Origin: Candidatus Aenigmatarchaeota archaeon | Lineage (GTDB): Archaea > Aenigmatarchaeota > Aenigmatarchaeia > Aenigmatarchaeales > JACQIB01 | NCBI GenBank assembly: GCA_038999215.1 | Contig: JAWABM010000004.1 | Span: 1 to 40,476 of the forward strand | Length of the DNA stretch: 40,476 nucleotides | Direction: 5' to 3' | In this document: in pieces, positions 8,823-17,996 of the stretch | Position numbering within the stretch: the stretch's first letter is position 1 | Layout of the letters: every line of letters starts with the position of its first letter | Notes under the pieces: model-generated | Database searches by the model: none | What the model was told of the DNA's origin: nothing | Seen by the model: only the letters and a program-made list of their open reading frames with translations | Made by a program: the position numbers and the translations under genes

Positions 8823-9225
8823 AATTATGATCTCCATCAATCAGGCCTTTATATAGCATGCTGCACAGCCTTCCGCAGCCGCTTTTGTATTTGCACGTGC
8901 CTGGCTCCTCTATGAGCGTGCCGTCAACCGAATAAAACCTGCCTTCGCCGTCAAGGCTGAACAGCCACTGGCAGTTGTCGCTCTGGCTGTTCCTTCTGAG
9001 CACCACCTCGATTATGGTGGCCCTCTTTCCGTGCCTTTCATTGGCCAGCATCCAGCCGTAAACGTCCTTTATGCTGTTCGGCGGCCTCATCTGCACGAGG
9101 TCGAGCTCGCGGAGCTCCTTTGCGCTTATCCTGTGCCCGTAATCGAAATTCGCATCGCTCTGCGAAATGCGCCTGAACATCTCCTTCAGGTAGTCCCAGC
9201 TCCTCTCGGTCCCGAAGCTCTTCAT
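8755..9225 (-). CDS. Hypothetical protein
   Basis: ATG 9225 lies 24 nt after a TTTAAA box; fills the gap between rhomboid and dph2; 3' end overlaps the dph2 start. Confidence 0.55.
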   Translation of the reverse strand: MKSFGTERSWDYLKEMFRRISQSDANFDYGHRISAKELRELDLVQMRPPNSIKDVYGWMLANERHGKRATIIEVVLRRNSQSDNCQWLFSLDGEGRFYSVDGTLIEEPGTCKYKSGCGRLCSMLYKGLIDGDHNYENIAAGAGRAESKGARNSKRA

Positions 9226-9250
9226 GCAAAATCTTTCTGAAAGAAGCAAT

Positions 9251-10027
9251 TTAAACCTTGCCGAAGACCTGCGCAAGCGCATCCATATAGTCGAAAATCC
9301 GCAGGTAATCCAAAAACGAATAGAAAAGCGGTATCAGCAGGAGCATTATGAGGATGAGCAGCAGGACCATAACGCTCCTTTTTGCGCCCTCCTCCCTGAA
9401 GCCGAAAAACGCGCCGCTGAGCAGCCCGCCTATGTGGGCGGCATAAGCCACCTCGGTCTCCACGCCTGTCGCCACCATGGCTATGAACGCGCCGACATTG
9501 TAGAGCGTGTAGATGAGAGCAACCATTATGAGCGGCACCGGTATGATATAGGGGTAAAACACCATCTCGAAAGGCTTCACTAGCATCGCCGTCCCCATGA
9601 GTCCGAATATCGCGGCGGAGGCGCCTATGGTCGGCACGCCGGCCGGCATGATCCCCAGGAGCGTGCAGGCGGCAACAGCGGCGGTGCCGACGAAGGCGGA
9701 CGTGAAGAAGATGAGGAGGAACTTCGCCTTGCCCATGTTCTCCTCTATGACGCTGCCGAAAAAGAACAGTGCGATGAGATTGAGGACGAGATGGTCGGGG
9801 CTCGCATGCAGGAATATCGACGTCACGGGCGTCCAGAACTTGCCGTCAAGAAAGGACGAGAGGCTGAAACCGTAATCGTGGAACAGCTGGCTCATGGCGG
9901 CCGAACCGTAGGTCATGGAATAGAGCAATTCAAAGACGTACGCTGCAAGGCAAAGAAGCATCAGCGAATAGGTGAGCTTGCGGCCCCCGGGCTTTCTTTC
10001 GCGCCTAAGACCCTTGAACGCGGGCAT
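9251..10027 (-). CDS. Rhomboid-family intramembrane serine protease
   Basis: WTPVTSIFLHA..HLVLN, IGASAAIFG (catalytic Ser), AAHIGG (catalytic His). Confidence 0.93.
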   Translation of the reverse strand: MPAFKGLRRERKPGGRKLTYSLMLLCLAAYVFELLYSMTYGSAAMSQLFHDYGFSLSSFLDGKFWTPVTSIFLHASPDHLVLNLIALFFFGSVIEENMGKAKFLLIFFTSAFVGTAAVAACTLLGIMPAGVPTIGASAAIFGLMGTAMLVKPFEMVFYPYIIPVPLIMVALIYTLYNVGAFIAMVATGVETEVAYAAHIGGLLSGAFFGFREEGAKRSVMVLLLILIMLLLIPLFYSFLDYLRIFDYMDALAQVFGKV

Positions 10028-12321
10028 CAGGCCTCACCGCGGGCCTTTTTCTCCGACCTGGCAGCCCATTCCCTGACCTTGTCTATGGCATCTATGTTCA
10101 CGGAAAGAGAATCTATGCCTGCCCCGACCAGGAATTCGACGGCGTCCTCCCTGTTCGACGGCAGCTCGCCGCAGATGCTGGACTCGACGCCGTATTTCTT
10201 GCAGGCGTCTATCACGTGCTTGAAAAGGAACCTCATGGAGCCGTGCATCTCGTTGAACATGCCTATAAGCCTCTCGTTGTTGCGGTCTATGCCAAGCGTC
10301 GTTTGGGTGAGGTCGTTCGAGCCGAATGAGGCGAACTGTATGCCCTCCATGCAGAACTCCTCTATCGTCAGAGCGGCAGCCGGCGTTTCGACCATTATGC
10401 CGAACTTCACGGTCTCCGGCAGCCCTACCTCGGTTGCTATCGCCTTGGCCTTCCTCAACTCGGAAACGTCTATGACAAAAGGCATCATTATCGCCACGTT
10501 CGTCAGCCCGAGCTCGTGCAAATTCTTTACCGCCCTGAACTCGGCCCTGAGTATGTCAGGCTCGTCCAGACTCCTCCTTATGCCGTGCCAGCCGAGCATA
10601 GGGTTGTCCTCGCGCGGCTCGTTCGACCCGCCCTCCATGTTCCTGAACTCGTCCGTGCGCACATCTAGGCTGCGCACCCAGACCGGCTTGGGGAAGAACG
10701 CCTTCGCGACCTTTCCGACGCCCTGAATTATGATGCCCATAAGCTCGTCCACCCTGTTCTGCCTGACGTATTCCATGGGGTGCATTCCCGCGCGCGTGAG
10801 CATGTGCTCAAGGCGCAGCAAACCTACGCCGTCGGCGTGTTTGGCCCGCTCCGCGGTCTCGGGGAACGCAAGATTGACCTTTATCTTCGTCGCGGACCTT
10901 GCCTGAGGAGCCTCCGCGGACGGCGAAGGTGCCGCCGCAACCGACCGATATTCTTCCACATTCCCGGCATAAACCTTGCCGTGCGTAGCGTCGACTGTTA
11001 TGAACTGTCCGTCCTTCAAGATTTCGGTGGCATTCTTTGTCCCGACTATGCAGGGTATGCCAAGCTCGCGCGACACTATGGCAGCGTGGCAGGTCGACCC
11101 GCCCTGGTTCGTGACAATGGCCGCGGATTTCTCCATTGCCGGCACGTAGTCGGGCGAAGTCATCTCTGTGACGAGCACATCGCCCTTGGCTATCTTCCCT
11201 AGCTCGTTCAACGAATGAATTATCCTGACCGCTCCCCTGCCAATGCCTGGGCTCACGCCATAGCCGCTGATAAGCGGCTCGCCCGCGATTTCCGCGCGCT
11301 TCTCGGCCTTCTGCAGATAGGTCACGGCCCTGGTCTGAAGTATGAAGAGCTTGCCCCTTTCGGCCGCCCATTCTATGTCCTGGGGCCTTCCGTAATGGTC
11401 CTCTATCCTTTTGCAGATGGCGGCAAGGGCCTTGATTTCGGTGTCGTTGAGGACCTGATAGCTGACGAGATCCTTCGGCACCTTGGTCATCACGGTGGCG
11501 CCCGATGCGGGATCCCTCCTCCTCATCATTGTCTTGTTGCCGACAAACTTCTCGACCAGCTCCCCGTTCCTCTTGTCGACAGCGTAGCGGTCGGGCTCGA
11601 CCTGGCCCTGGACTATTGTCTCGCCGAGGCCCCAGCATGCCTCTATTATTATCCTGTTGGCACCTTCGTCCGCCGGGTTGATGGGGTCGACTGTGAAGGC
11701 GACGCCGGACCTCTCAGCATTGACCATGCTCTGGACTATGACGCCTATTCCGGCGTCCTGCGGCTGGCCGTTCTTGTGCCTGTAATATATCGCCCTCGGC
11801 GTGAATGTTGACGCCCAGCACTTTATCACGTGCAGCATCAGGCTCTCGACGCCGCGGATGTTGAGGTAGCTCTCGTACTGGCCTGCAGCCGACGTCTTCT
11901 CCGCATCCTCAAGCACAGAGCTGCTGCGCACCGCCACGAAGGGCAGCTGCTGCGTGCCCTTGATGAAATCGAGCGCGCTTATGACCTTTTCGTCCTTGAG
12001 ATAAGACATGTTCTGGTAAGCCTTGGTTATTGCGTTCCTTATCTGGCCCGGCATCTTGCCAGAAACGACCATATTCTTGATATTTTCCGAAGCCGCGGCG
12101 AGCGAATTGACATCGGAGAAATCCACCTTCTTTATTATCTCGGCTATCGCGTGCCTCAGGTTGTTCTCGTCTATGAACCTCTGGAAAGACTCGACCGTGA
12201 TGAAGAACGCGGGCGGCACCGGCAGCTTGATGTTTATCATCTCCGCGAGGTTGGCGGCCTTGCCTCCGACCTCCCTGACATTGCCCTTGCTGATGCCTTC
12301 TGCGCTTACTACGAACGGCAT
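10027..12321 (-). CDS. ppsA: Phosphoenolpyruvate synthase
   Basis: VGGKAANL, VAVRSS..ED, PQDIEW, LQTRAVT, GGSTCHAAIVSRELG (phospho-His), SFGSNDLTQ, SICG. Confidence 0.97.
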   Translation of the reverse strand: MPFVVSAEGISKGNVREVGGKAANLAEMINIKLPVPPAFFITVESFQRFIDENNLRHAIAEIIKKVDFSDVNSLAAASENIKNMVVSGKMPGQIRNAITKAYQNMSYLKDEKVISALDFIKGTQQLPFVAVRSSSVLEDAEKTSAAGQYESYLNIRGVESLMLHVIKCWASTFTPRAIYYRHKNGQPQDAGIGVIVQSMVNAERSGVAFTVDPINPADEGANRIIIEACWGLGETIVQGQVEPDRYAVDKRNGELVEKFVGNKTMMRRRDPASGATVMTKVPKDLVSYQVLNDTEIKALAAICKRIEDHYGRPQDIEWAAERGKLFILQTRAVTYLQKAEKRAEIAGEPLISGYGVSPGIGRGAVRIIHSLNELGKIAKGDVLVTEMTSPDYVPAMEKSAAIVTNQGGSTCHAAIVSRELGIPCIVGTKNATEILKDGQFITVDATHGKVYAGNVEEYRSVAAAPSPSAEAPQARSATKIKVNLAFPETAERAKHADGVGLLRLEHMLTRAGMHPMEYVRQNRVDELMGIIIQGVGKVAKAFFPKPVWVRSLDVRTDEFRNMEGGSNEPREDNPMLGWHGIRRSLDEPDILRAEFRAVKNLHELGLTNVAIMMPFVIDVSELRKAKAIATEVGLPETVKFGIMVETPAAALTIEEFCMEGIQFASFGSNDLTQTTLGIDRNNERLIGMFNEMHGSMRFLFKHVIDACKKYGVESSICGELPSNREDAVEFLVGAGIDSLSVNIDAIDKVREWAARSEKKARGEA

Positions 12322-12355
12322 GCAAAGAATTCGCTTGGTTTTTAAATAAAGGTTT

Positions 12356-12889
12356 CTATGGGGAGGCTCTTACGACCCTGCAGCTGCCGGGAAGCTTCAT
12401 CGAGGCCCTTCTCAGCGCCTCCTTTATTTCCGCCTCCTTGCCCTCAGGCACACGTGCCGTCATTATCTTCTGGCCGGCCCTAACTCTGGCGGCCTGCGAC
12501 GCAGGCCTGCCGAAGGACATCCTCATGCCCTCGGAGAAACGGTCGGCGCCCGCGCCGGTTGCCAGGGCCTTCTCCCTCAGTATGTTGTGCGGGAAGACCC
12601 TGACCTTGAGAAAGAAGCCCTGCTCGCCTAGCTTTGCGGTCAGGTATTTCGTTGCGCTCTGCCTGGCAGCCTCGAGGCAGTTGCTCCTGAACTGCCTGTC
12701 AAGGTCGGAGACAATGTCGTAAGCGAGCGGGAAAAGCGAGAGCTGCTTCGCGTTGCCTGTCTCGAAATGGTGTATCTTCGACACTGGCACGCCCTTCACG
12801 TAGCTCTTCCTGGGCCTCCTCTTGGAGGTCCTTGTGAAAGCCCTTGGCTTGACGTGATGGTAGCACCTTCCGGGCCTCATTATTGCCAT
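12356..12889 (-). CDS. rpl10e: 50S ribosomal protein L16/L10e
   Basis: RPGRCY, LEAAR, RVFPHNILRE, GAGADRFSEGMRMSFGRP, ALRRASMKLP. Confidence 0.97.
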   Translation of the reverse strand: MAIMRPGRCYHHVKPRAFTRTSKRRPRKSYVKGVPVSKIHHFETGNAKQLSLFPLAYDIVSDLDRQFRSNCLEAARQSATKYLTAKLGEQGFFLKVRVFPHNILREKALATGAGADRFSEGMRMSFGRPASQAARVRAGQKIMTARVPEGKEAEIKEALRRASMKLPGSCRVVRASP

Positions 12890-12971
12890 AACATTCAGAG
12901 AATAGAAGCAAGCGAGAATATTTAAGCCTTTTTACGCCATTTGAAAAGTTGCGAAAGAAAGAGCTTAAGCC

Positions 12972-14135
12972 CTATTTCTTCCGCTCGCGGCTGGCGTGCC
13001 TCCTTATCCTCTGTTGCGCATCGGCTGCCGCCTTCTCGTTGTTGCCTACGCCGCAGGTGTTGCCCACGCCGAAAATCAGTATGTCCTCGCCCCTTTTCGC
13101 GCGCTTGACCGCCTCCGTGACCCTCTCGACAGCGGCTGGAACCGCATCTGCGACCTCCCTGATCATGGGCTTCAGCGCCTCCTCCTCGCTCACCTTTATC
13201 GCGATGGCATCGATTGTCATGCCCTTTGCGACCGCGATGTTCTCTATGTCGTACCTCTCGGTCCCGACCCCGCCCATCGCTATGCCGACGCCCTCGGCTA
13301 TCGATCCTGCTTTCTCGCCCTCCAGCTTCAAGGCGGCGTCGACGGTTATTATTCTGCTTATTTTATTTTTTCCGCAGAACTTGAGCATGAACTTGCCGGG
13401 ATAGCCAGTTGACGCGCCGGGGCCTGCCGCCTTGGCTATCCAGACGCTCCTTCCGCCCACCTTTGCCTTGGCCACGGCGACCTCCTCCTCCCTGTAGACC
13501 CTGACGCCGGCCTTCACGGGTATCATCGACGCCGCGACCAGCGGGCCTATGCCGTCGCCTATGGGCATCTCGCGGACGAACGCATCCGTGGCCGCCACAG
13601 CGGCCTTGGCAAGCCTTTCTATCATGGGCATCTGCATCTGGACTATGAGCGCGAGCTGAAGCACTTTGTCCCTCTTTATCATCTCAAGATAGTGCCTCAT
13701 TATCTTCGCTATCTGGTGAACCGTCATGGCCCCGCCGAGCGCGTTCCTTATGTCGGCCAGCTCCTCCTCCGTGGCGCGGGGAGCGATCTGCCTTGCGAAG
13801 AGCTTGAACCTCTCGTCCGACTGCTTCACGACCAGATCGATCTTCTTCATCACGCCGTAAGGGTCTATGGCTACCGGCGATATTGCGAAGAACTCCATGA
13901 ATTTGGTCAGGCTCTCGTTAACGTGCTTTGCATGCCTGCCCGCTACCTTCCTGAGCACCATGCCTTTGGCGGTCCTGGCCATCTCCTCCAGCTCGACCAC
14001 GTCCTTCTCCAGCTTCCACACGGTCTGCGTTATCATTATCCTCGAGCTGTAAAGCATGAAGATGACGATGAGTATTATCCATATCACGTTGCCGAGCCAG
14101 TCGCCGTTGCCCAATTGCGCAAGCAGATAATCCAT
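12972..14135 (-). CDS. DUF1512 family membrane-anchored protein
   Basis: N-terminal TM, PVAIDPYG, PIGDGIGPLVA, KAAGPG, ITVDAALKLEGE..G.IAEGVGIAMGG.G.E, GVGNTCGV. Confidence 0.8.
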   Translation of the reverse strand: MDYLLAQLGNGDWLGNVIWIILIVIFMLYSSRIMITQTVWKLEKDVVELEEMARTAKGMVLRKVAGRHAKHVNESLTKFMEFFAISPVAIDPYGVMKKIDLVVKQSDERFKLFARQIAPRATEEELADIRNALGGAMTVHQIAKIMRHYLEMIKRDKVLQLALIVQMQMPMIERLAKAAVAATDAFVREMPIGDGIGPLVAASMIPVKAGVRVYREEEVAVAKAKVGGRSVWIAKAAGPGASTGYPGKFMLKFCGKNKISRIITVDAALKLEGEKAGSIAEGVGIAMGGVGTERYDIENIAVAKGMTIDAIAIKVSEEEALKPMIREVADAVPAAVERVTEAVKRAKRGEDILIFGVGNTCGVGNNEKAAADAQQRIRRHASRERKK

Positions 14136-14167
14136 ACCAAACCTTTGTCATGACCTATTTATATAAT

Positions 14168-14761
14168 TTAAATGGAAAGCAGCAAAGCTGTCGCAAGGGG
14201 CACCGTAATATTGTCGTCTATGCCCGGCATGCCCTCTACGACCGAAACCAGCGCGGCAATCGCCACAGCCTTCATCGGGTTCACAAAAAACAGCAGTACC
14301 GCCAGCGCGACAAAGAAGAACGCGCCGCTGCCTTCCCAGCTCTTCTTCCTGTTGTAAAACAGCGGATTATCCCCCCACACCTTTCCGATGACCGTAGATA
14401 CGGAATCGCCTGCAGCCAACACGATGATTGCCGGAACAACTATCCCTGCCGGGAACAGCGCCGAAACGACCACCACGCCTAAGGAAAACGTCACAAGGCC
14501 GCCGAGCGGCACCTCGTCCGGTCTCTCGAAGCCCGTGATCCAATCGTGCATGACGCCTTCCAAATAGCCCCCGAACGGGCCTATCCTTCTGCTCCTCATG
14601 AAGCCCAGAAAGAAGGCCGCCGCAATCACCGCGCACGCAGCAATGAGCGCGGCCTGGCTGCCAAGGAAATACGCGACCAGGGCGTAAGTCGAACCTGCGG
14701 CATGGACGCCTTGCCTCTTCGCCTCGAACCAGACATCAGCCCTTCCTTTTCTCCCTTTCAA
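14168..14761 (-). CDS. Dolichol/phytol kinase-like (SEC59 / CTP_transf) membrane protein
   Basis: RQGVH, LAAGDSVSTVIGK, KKSWEGS, IDDNITVP. Confidence 0.85.
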   Translation of the reverse strand: MKGRKGRADVWFEAKRQGVHAAGSTYALVAYFLGSQAALIAACAVIAAAFFLGFMRSRRIGPFGGYLEGVMHDWITGFERPDEVPLGGLVTFSLGVVVVSALFPAGIVVPAIIVLAAGDSVSTVIGKVWGDNPLFYNRKKSWEGSGAFFFVALAVLLFFVNPMKAVAIAALVSVVEGMPGIDDNITVPLATALLLSI

Positions 14762-15116
14762 CCCTCTCCACCTCCTCCTTCAACCGCCTTATTTCGCTCT
14801 TGTCCGTCAGCCTGAAAACGAGCTTGAACGGGAAAATTATGACTTTTGCTATGAAAACGACCACATGGAAGAACTCGTACGCCAGCAGCAGCATCATTGC
14901 CAGCAAAGCGAACTGCAGCCCCGTTTCAAGGGAAGGCGACACAGGCAAAGGCAGGGAAAGGTACTGCACTATCCAAGGGAAAGCAAAGCCTGCCGCGCCG
15001 GCCATCGCGGCCTTTATCGCGACCTTGAAGAGCTTGTACAGGACGAAAACAAAGACTATGAAGACCAAAAATATCGCTATCGCCTGAGCGTTCATCAGCT
15101 CCGGAAACAGCGCCAT
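14736..15116 (-). CDS. Hypothetical membrane protein
   Basis: 3-4 hydrophobic helices and a charged tail; TTTAAA upstream at 15140-15145. Confidence 0.7.
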   Translation of the reverse strand: MALFPELMNAQAIAIFLVFIVFVFVLYKLFKVAIKAAMAGAAGFAFPWIVQYLSLPLPVSPSLETGLQFALLAMMLLLAYEFFHVVVFIAKVIIFPFKLVFRLTDKSEIRRLKEEVERVEREKRKG

Positions 15117-15176
15117 AAGAATTGTTGAGCCATCCCTTATTTAAATATTTTTAACAGCCAACCCATTATTGTAATT

Positions 15177-15818
15177 ATGGCAAGCATCAGGATCATAGGC
15201 ACCTCGCACATCTCTCCCCAAAGCGCCAGGAAGGTCAAGGAGATAATCCGCAAGGAAAAGCCCGACTGCGTGACAGTAGAGCTGTGCCCGGAAAGGTTCT
15301 GGGCGCTGAGAAGGGGTTACGAGAGGCCAAAACTGAGCGCGGGGCTGACGCACTACCTGCTCGGCATAATACAGCAGCACCTCGGGAACATGACCGGCGT
15401 GCTGCCCGGGACCGAGATGATGAAGGCAGCAGAGGCGGGGCAGGAGGTCGGGGCGAAAGTGGTGCTGATAGACAAGGACATACATGAGATAATGGACGGA
15501 ATCGCCCGTGTAAGCGCCTGGGAAAAGTTCAGGCTCTTCGGAAAGCTGTTCGTCTCGCTGCTCGTTGCGCCGTTCTCGCACGGCGCGAAGATAGACCTGA
15601 GGAAGGTGCCGCCCGAAAGGGTGGTCGACCAAGCAATGGAAGAAATGAAAAGGGACATGCCGGGCTTCTACAGGGTCCTTGTCACGGACAGGAACGAGTA
15701 CATGGCCGGGTGGATAAAAAGGCTGGGCAAGGACTACAACAAAATAATAGTCGTTGTCGGAGCCGGGCATAAGAAAGGGCTGAAGAGGCTTCTGGGGATG
15801 AAGAATGTCAAAGATTGA
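15177..15818 (+). CDS. TraB/PrgY family protein
   Basis: IIGTSHIS, PDCVTVELCPER, PGTEM, LIDKDI, LVTDRNEYM, VVVGAGH. Confidence 0.92.
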   Translation: MASIRIIGTSHISPQSARKVKEIIRKEKPDCVTVELCPERFWALRRGYERPKLSAGLTHYLLGIIQQHLGNMTGVLPGTEMMKAAEAGQEVGAKVVLIDKDIHEIMDGIARVSAWEKFRLFGKLFVSLLVAPFSHGAKIDLRKVPPERVVDQAMEEMKRDMPGFYRVLVTDRNEYMAGWIKRLGKDYNKIIVVVGAGHKKGLKRLLGMKNVKD

Positions 15819-16374
15819 GATAAGGGACATAATCCTGTCGGTTCTCGTGCTCTCGTTCGCATTCTCAAAATTCTACGGATTCGAGATATCGCTGTTCGTC
15901 TCCGCTTCGGTGTTCGTGCTGCACGAGCTGGGGCACAGATTCACGGCCAGGCGCTTCGGCGCGCACGCCGAATACAGGATGTGGCCCTTCGGGCTGCTTC
16001 TCTGCGCGATAATGGCCATAATGCCCGGAGGCCTCATTTTCGCCGCTCCGGGCGCTGTCTACTACACGACCGCCGTGAGGAAGGAGTTCGCATGGGATGT
16101 GCACAGGCTCACGCACAAGGAGATAGGCCTGATATCGCTTGCGGGGCCGGCCGCGAACATAATAACGGGCATGATTTTCTTCGCGGCCGCAGCCGCCGCT
16201 CCGGATTTCGCCTGGCTGCTGCGGCCCGCGGCCAACATAGCCATGTTCCTGGCGCTCTTCAACCTGCTGCCCTTCGGGCCGCTGGACGGGAGGGCGGTCT
16301 TTTCTTGGAACAGGTGGGCATGGGCCGCAATAACCGGCCTGGCAGGGGTTAGCTACTTCTTAGTAGGTATTTAA
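15805..16374 (+). CDS. Site-2 protease (M50) membrane metalloprotease
   Basis: HELGH, FAAPGAV, SLAGPAAN, FNLLPFGPLDG. Confidence 0.93.
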   Translation: MSKIEIRDIILSVLVLSFAFSKFYGFEISLFVSASVFVLHELGHRFTARRFGAHAEYRMWPFGLLLCAIMAIMPGGLIFAAPGAVYYTTAVRKEFAWDVHRLTHKEIGLISLAGPAANIITGMIFFAAAAAAPDFAWLLRPAANIAMFLALFNLLPFGPLDGRAVFSWNRWAWAAITGLAGVSYFLVGI

Positions 16375-16428
16375 ATCCTTTGCGGTGTTAATAGATAATA
16401 AGGAATTTGACAACGGAACAGTGATAAA

Positions 16429-17583
16429 ATGACGATAGCAGGGGCTGTAAAGCACGAGAAAAACGGCGGGAAGCCTTCGTACAAGCTCAGGAAAATGAAG
16501 GCCACGGAATACGCCGAGAACATAGTGCCCAAGAACGGCAAGAAAGTGATAAGGGAGGACGGGACGCTGTTCCTGACCGAAAGCTTCGACGACTTCGACT
16601 TCAACATGAGGAACTACGACGTCCTGAGGGAGGAGTTGAAAACAGACGTATCGGACTTGAAAAGCAAACTAGACAAAAGGGCCGTGGAATACTTCTCAAA
16701 GGGTTTCAGCGACCAGTCGCTGAGCCTCATAGGCGACTACCTTGACGATAAGGATCCTATAATCGACGAGGAAAGAAGGCTCGCATACAACCTCACGACC
16801 ATAAAGATGATAGAATGCGAGCCGAAATCCAAGAGCAAACAGAATTACGAAGGCCTGCTCGTGCTCGCCGCAAGGAACCAGCTCGGCAAGCTGCACAGTT
16901 TCAAGCTCAAGGCCGGGGCAGAAGAGATCGAAACGCAGGACGTCGCGGAAAACATAATGGAACTGATGAGGGAGCGCAAGTATGACGCGCTTGCCAAAGG
17001 CATAGACAGGCTCATCGAGAGGCTCGAAACAGAAGGCGAATACAAGAATGACAAGGATTCCAAAAAGCTGGAAAGCGACGTCAATACTCTGCTTGAAATA
17101 AAGACAAAGGCCATACCGGCCCTGAAGGATGTCGAGGGGCTGACGAACGAGGATTTCGCCGTCATAAGGAAGTACCTCATGGGCAAATACAGCCTGGCCA
17201 AATCGCGCCACATGAAGGATTTCATCGACTTCTACAACAGCGCGGTCGAGAAGGTCAAAAATGAAATCGGCGAGGAAGGCGGAATAGCCAACATCGTGAT
17301 AACAGGGATGCTCGACCCGGCGAACCTGCCGCTTTCCGCCAAAGAATATGCGGACAACCCGTACATCTACAAGGGGCTGGAGAACGCCAAACTCCGCATC
17401 ATAGATGAAGGGCTCAACGAGTACGTATTTGCCATTCCTAAGAAACTTAACAGGAGGATCTTCGCCCAATCCTTTGCTTACGATATGGACGAGAATTGCT
17501 GGCTGGAAAAGAAAATCACCGAAGGCAAGGAGAAGAGAAGGGTGCTGAAGAACCCGATAACAGGCGAGGTGCGCGACATATGA
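16429..17583 (+). CDS. Hypothetical charged alpha-helical protein (paralog A)
   Basis: 384-aa ORF with host-like codon usage; by-eye similarity to the 17997 protein; no family recognised. Confidence 0.8.
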   Translation: MTIAGAVKHEKNGGKPSYKLRKMKATEYAENIVPKNGKKVIREDGTLFLTESFDDFDFNMRNYDVLREELKTDVSDLKSKLDKRAVEYFSKGFSDQSLSLIGDYLDDKDPIIDEERRLAYNLTTIKMIECEPKSKSKQNYEGLLVLAARNQLGKLHSFKLKAGAEEIETQDVAENIMELMRERKYDALAKGIDRLIERLETEGEYKNDKDSKKLESDVNTLLEIKTKAIPALKDVEGLTNEDFAVIRKYLMGKYSLAKSRHMKDFIDFYNSAVEKVKNEIGEEGGIANIVITGMLDPANLPLSAKEYADNPYIYKGLENAKLRIIDEGLNEYVFAIPKKLNRRIFAQSFAYDMDENCWLEKKITEGKEKRRVLKNPITGEVRDI

Positions 17584-17894
17584 TGGAACAGCCGCATGCC
17601 CCTCAGGAGAACCTCAAGTGCCCGGACTGCCTCTCGCCGTCTTGGAAGAACGGCATCAATGAGAGGTCCTACCAGATATACAAGTGCACCAACTGCGGCA
17701 AGCAGTTCACCTTGCGCTCGCAATCCAGGTTCGCCAGGACAAGATACCCGCCAAAAGTCATTGTTTTCGCGGTCAAACTGCACCAGAAGCACAACCTTTC
17801 AAGCTATGTCATTGCCGACCTGCTGGCCGCCAAGGGCATCAAGGTCTCGCACGTGTCGGTCCACAAATGGATAAAGAAATACGGGGCAAGTTAA
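17580..17894 (+). CDS. Zn-ribbon + HTH protein resembling IS6/IS1-type transposase N-terminus, no DDE domain
   Basis: CPDC..KNG....Q.YKCTNCGKQF followed by RYPPKVIVFAV...LS...IADLL...GIKVSHVSVHKWIKKY; ATGA overlap with upstream stop. Confidence 0.8.
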   Translation: MMEQPHAPQENLKCPDCLSPSWKNGINERSYQIYKCTNCGKQFTLRSQSRFARTRYPPKVIVFAVKLHQKHNLSSYVIADLLAAKGIKVSHVSVHKWIKKYGAS

Positions 17895-17932
17895 TATGCC
17901 AAAATCCAAGCTTTCATTCATTAAGTTAATAA

Positions 17933-17953
17933 GAAAGGGTTTTAAATCCTTTC
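17933..17953. promoter_or_regulatory. Near-palindrome GAAAGG-GTTTTAAAT-CCTTTC centred on a TATA box
   Basis: 6-bp perfect arms at 17933-17938 and 17948-17953 around TTTTAAA, upstream of the 17997 operon. Confidence 0.5.
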
Positions 17954-17996
17954 GTATCGTTACTTATTGGTAAGTGACAAATCTGGGGGCATAAGA

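Noticed and set aside
12890..12971. Possible small RNA or tRNA in the larger intergenic gaps (also 17895-17996, 35627-35749)
   Set aside because: AT-rich, with no cloverleaf, GC-rich stems or clear C/D boxes; explained by promoter and terminator elements.
17580..17894. Active insertion sequence
   Set aside because: No DDE domain, terminal inverted repeats or target-site duplication seen.
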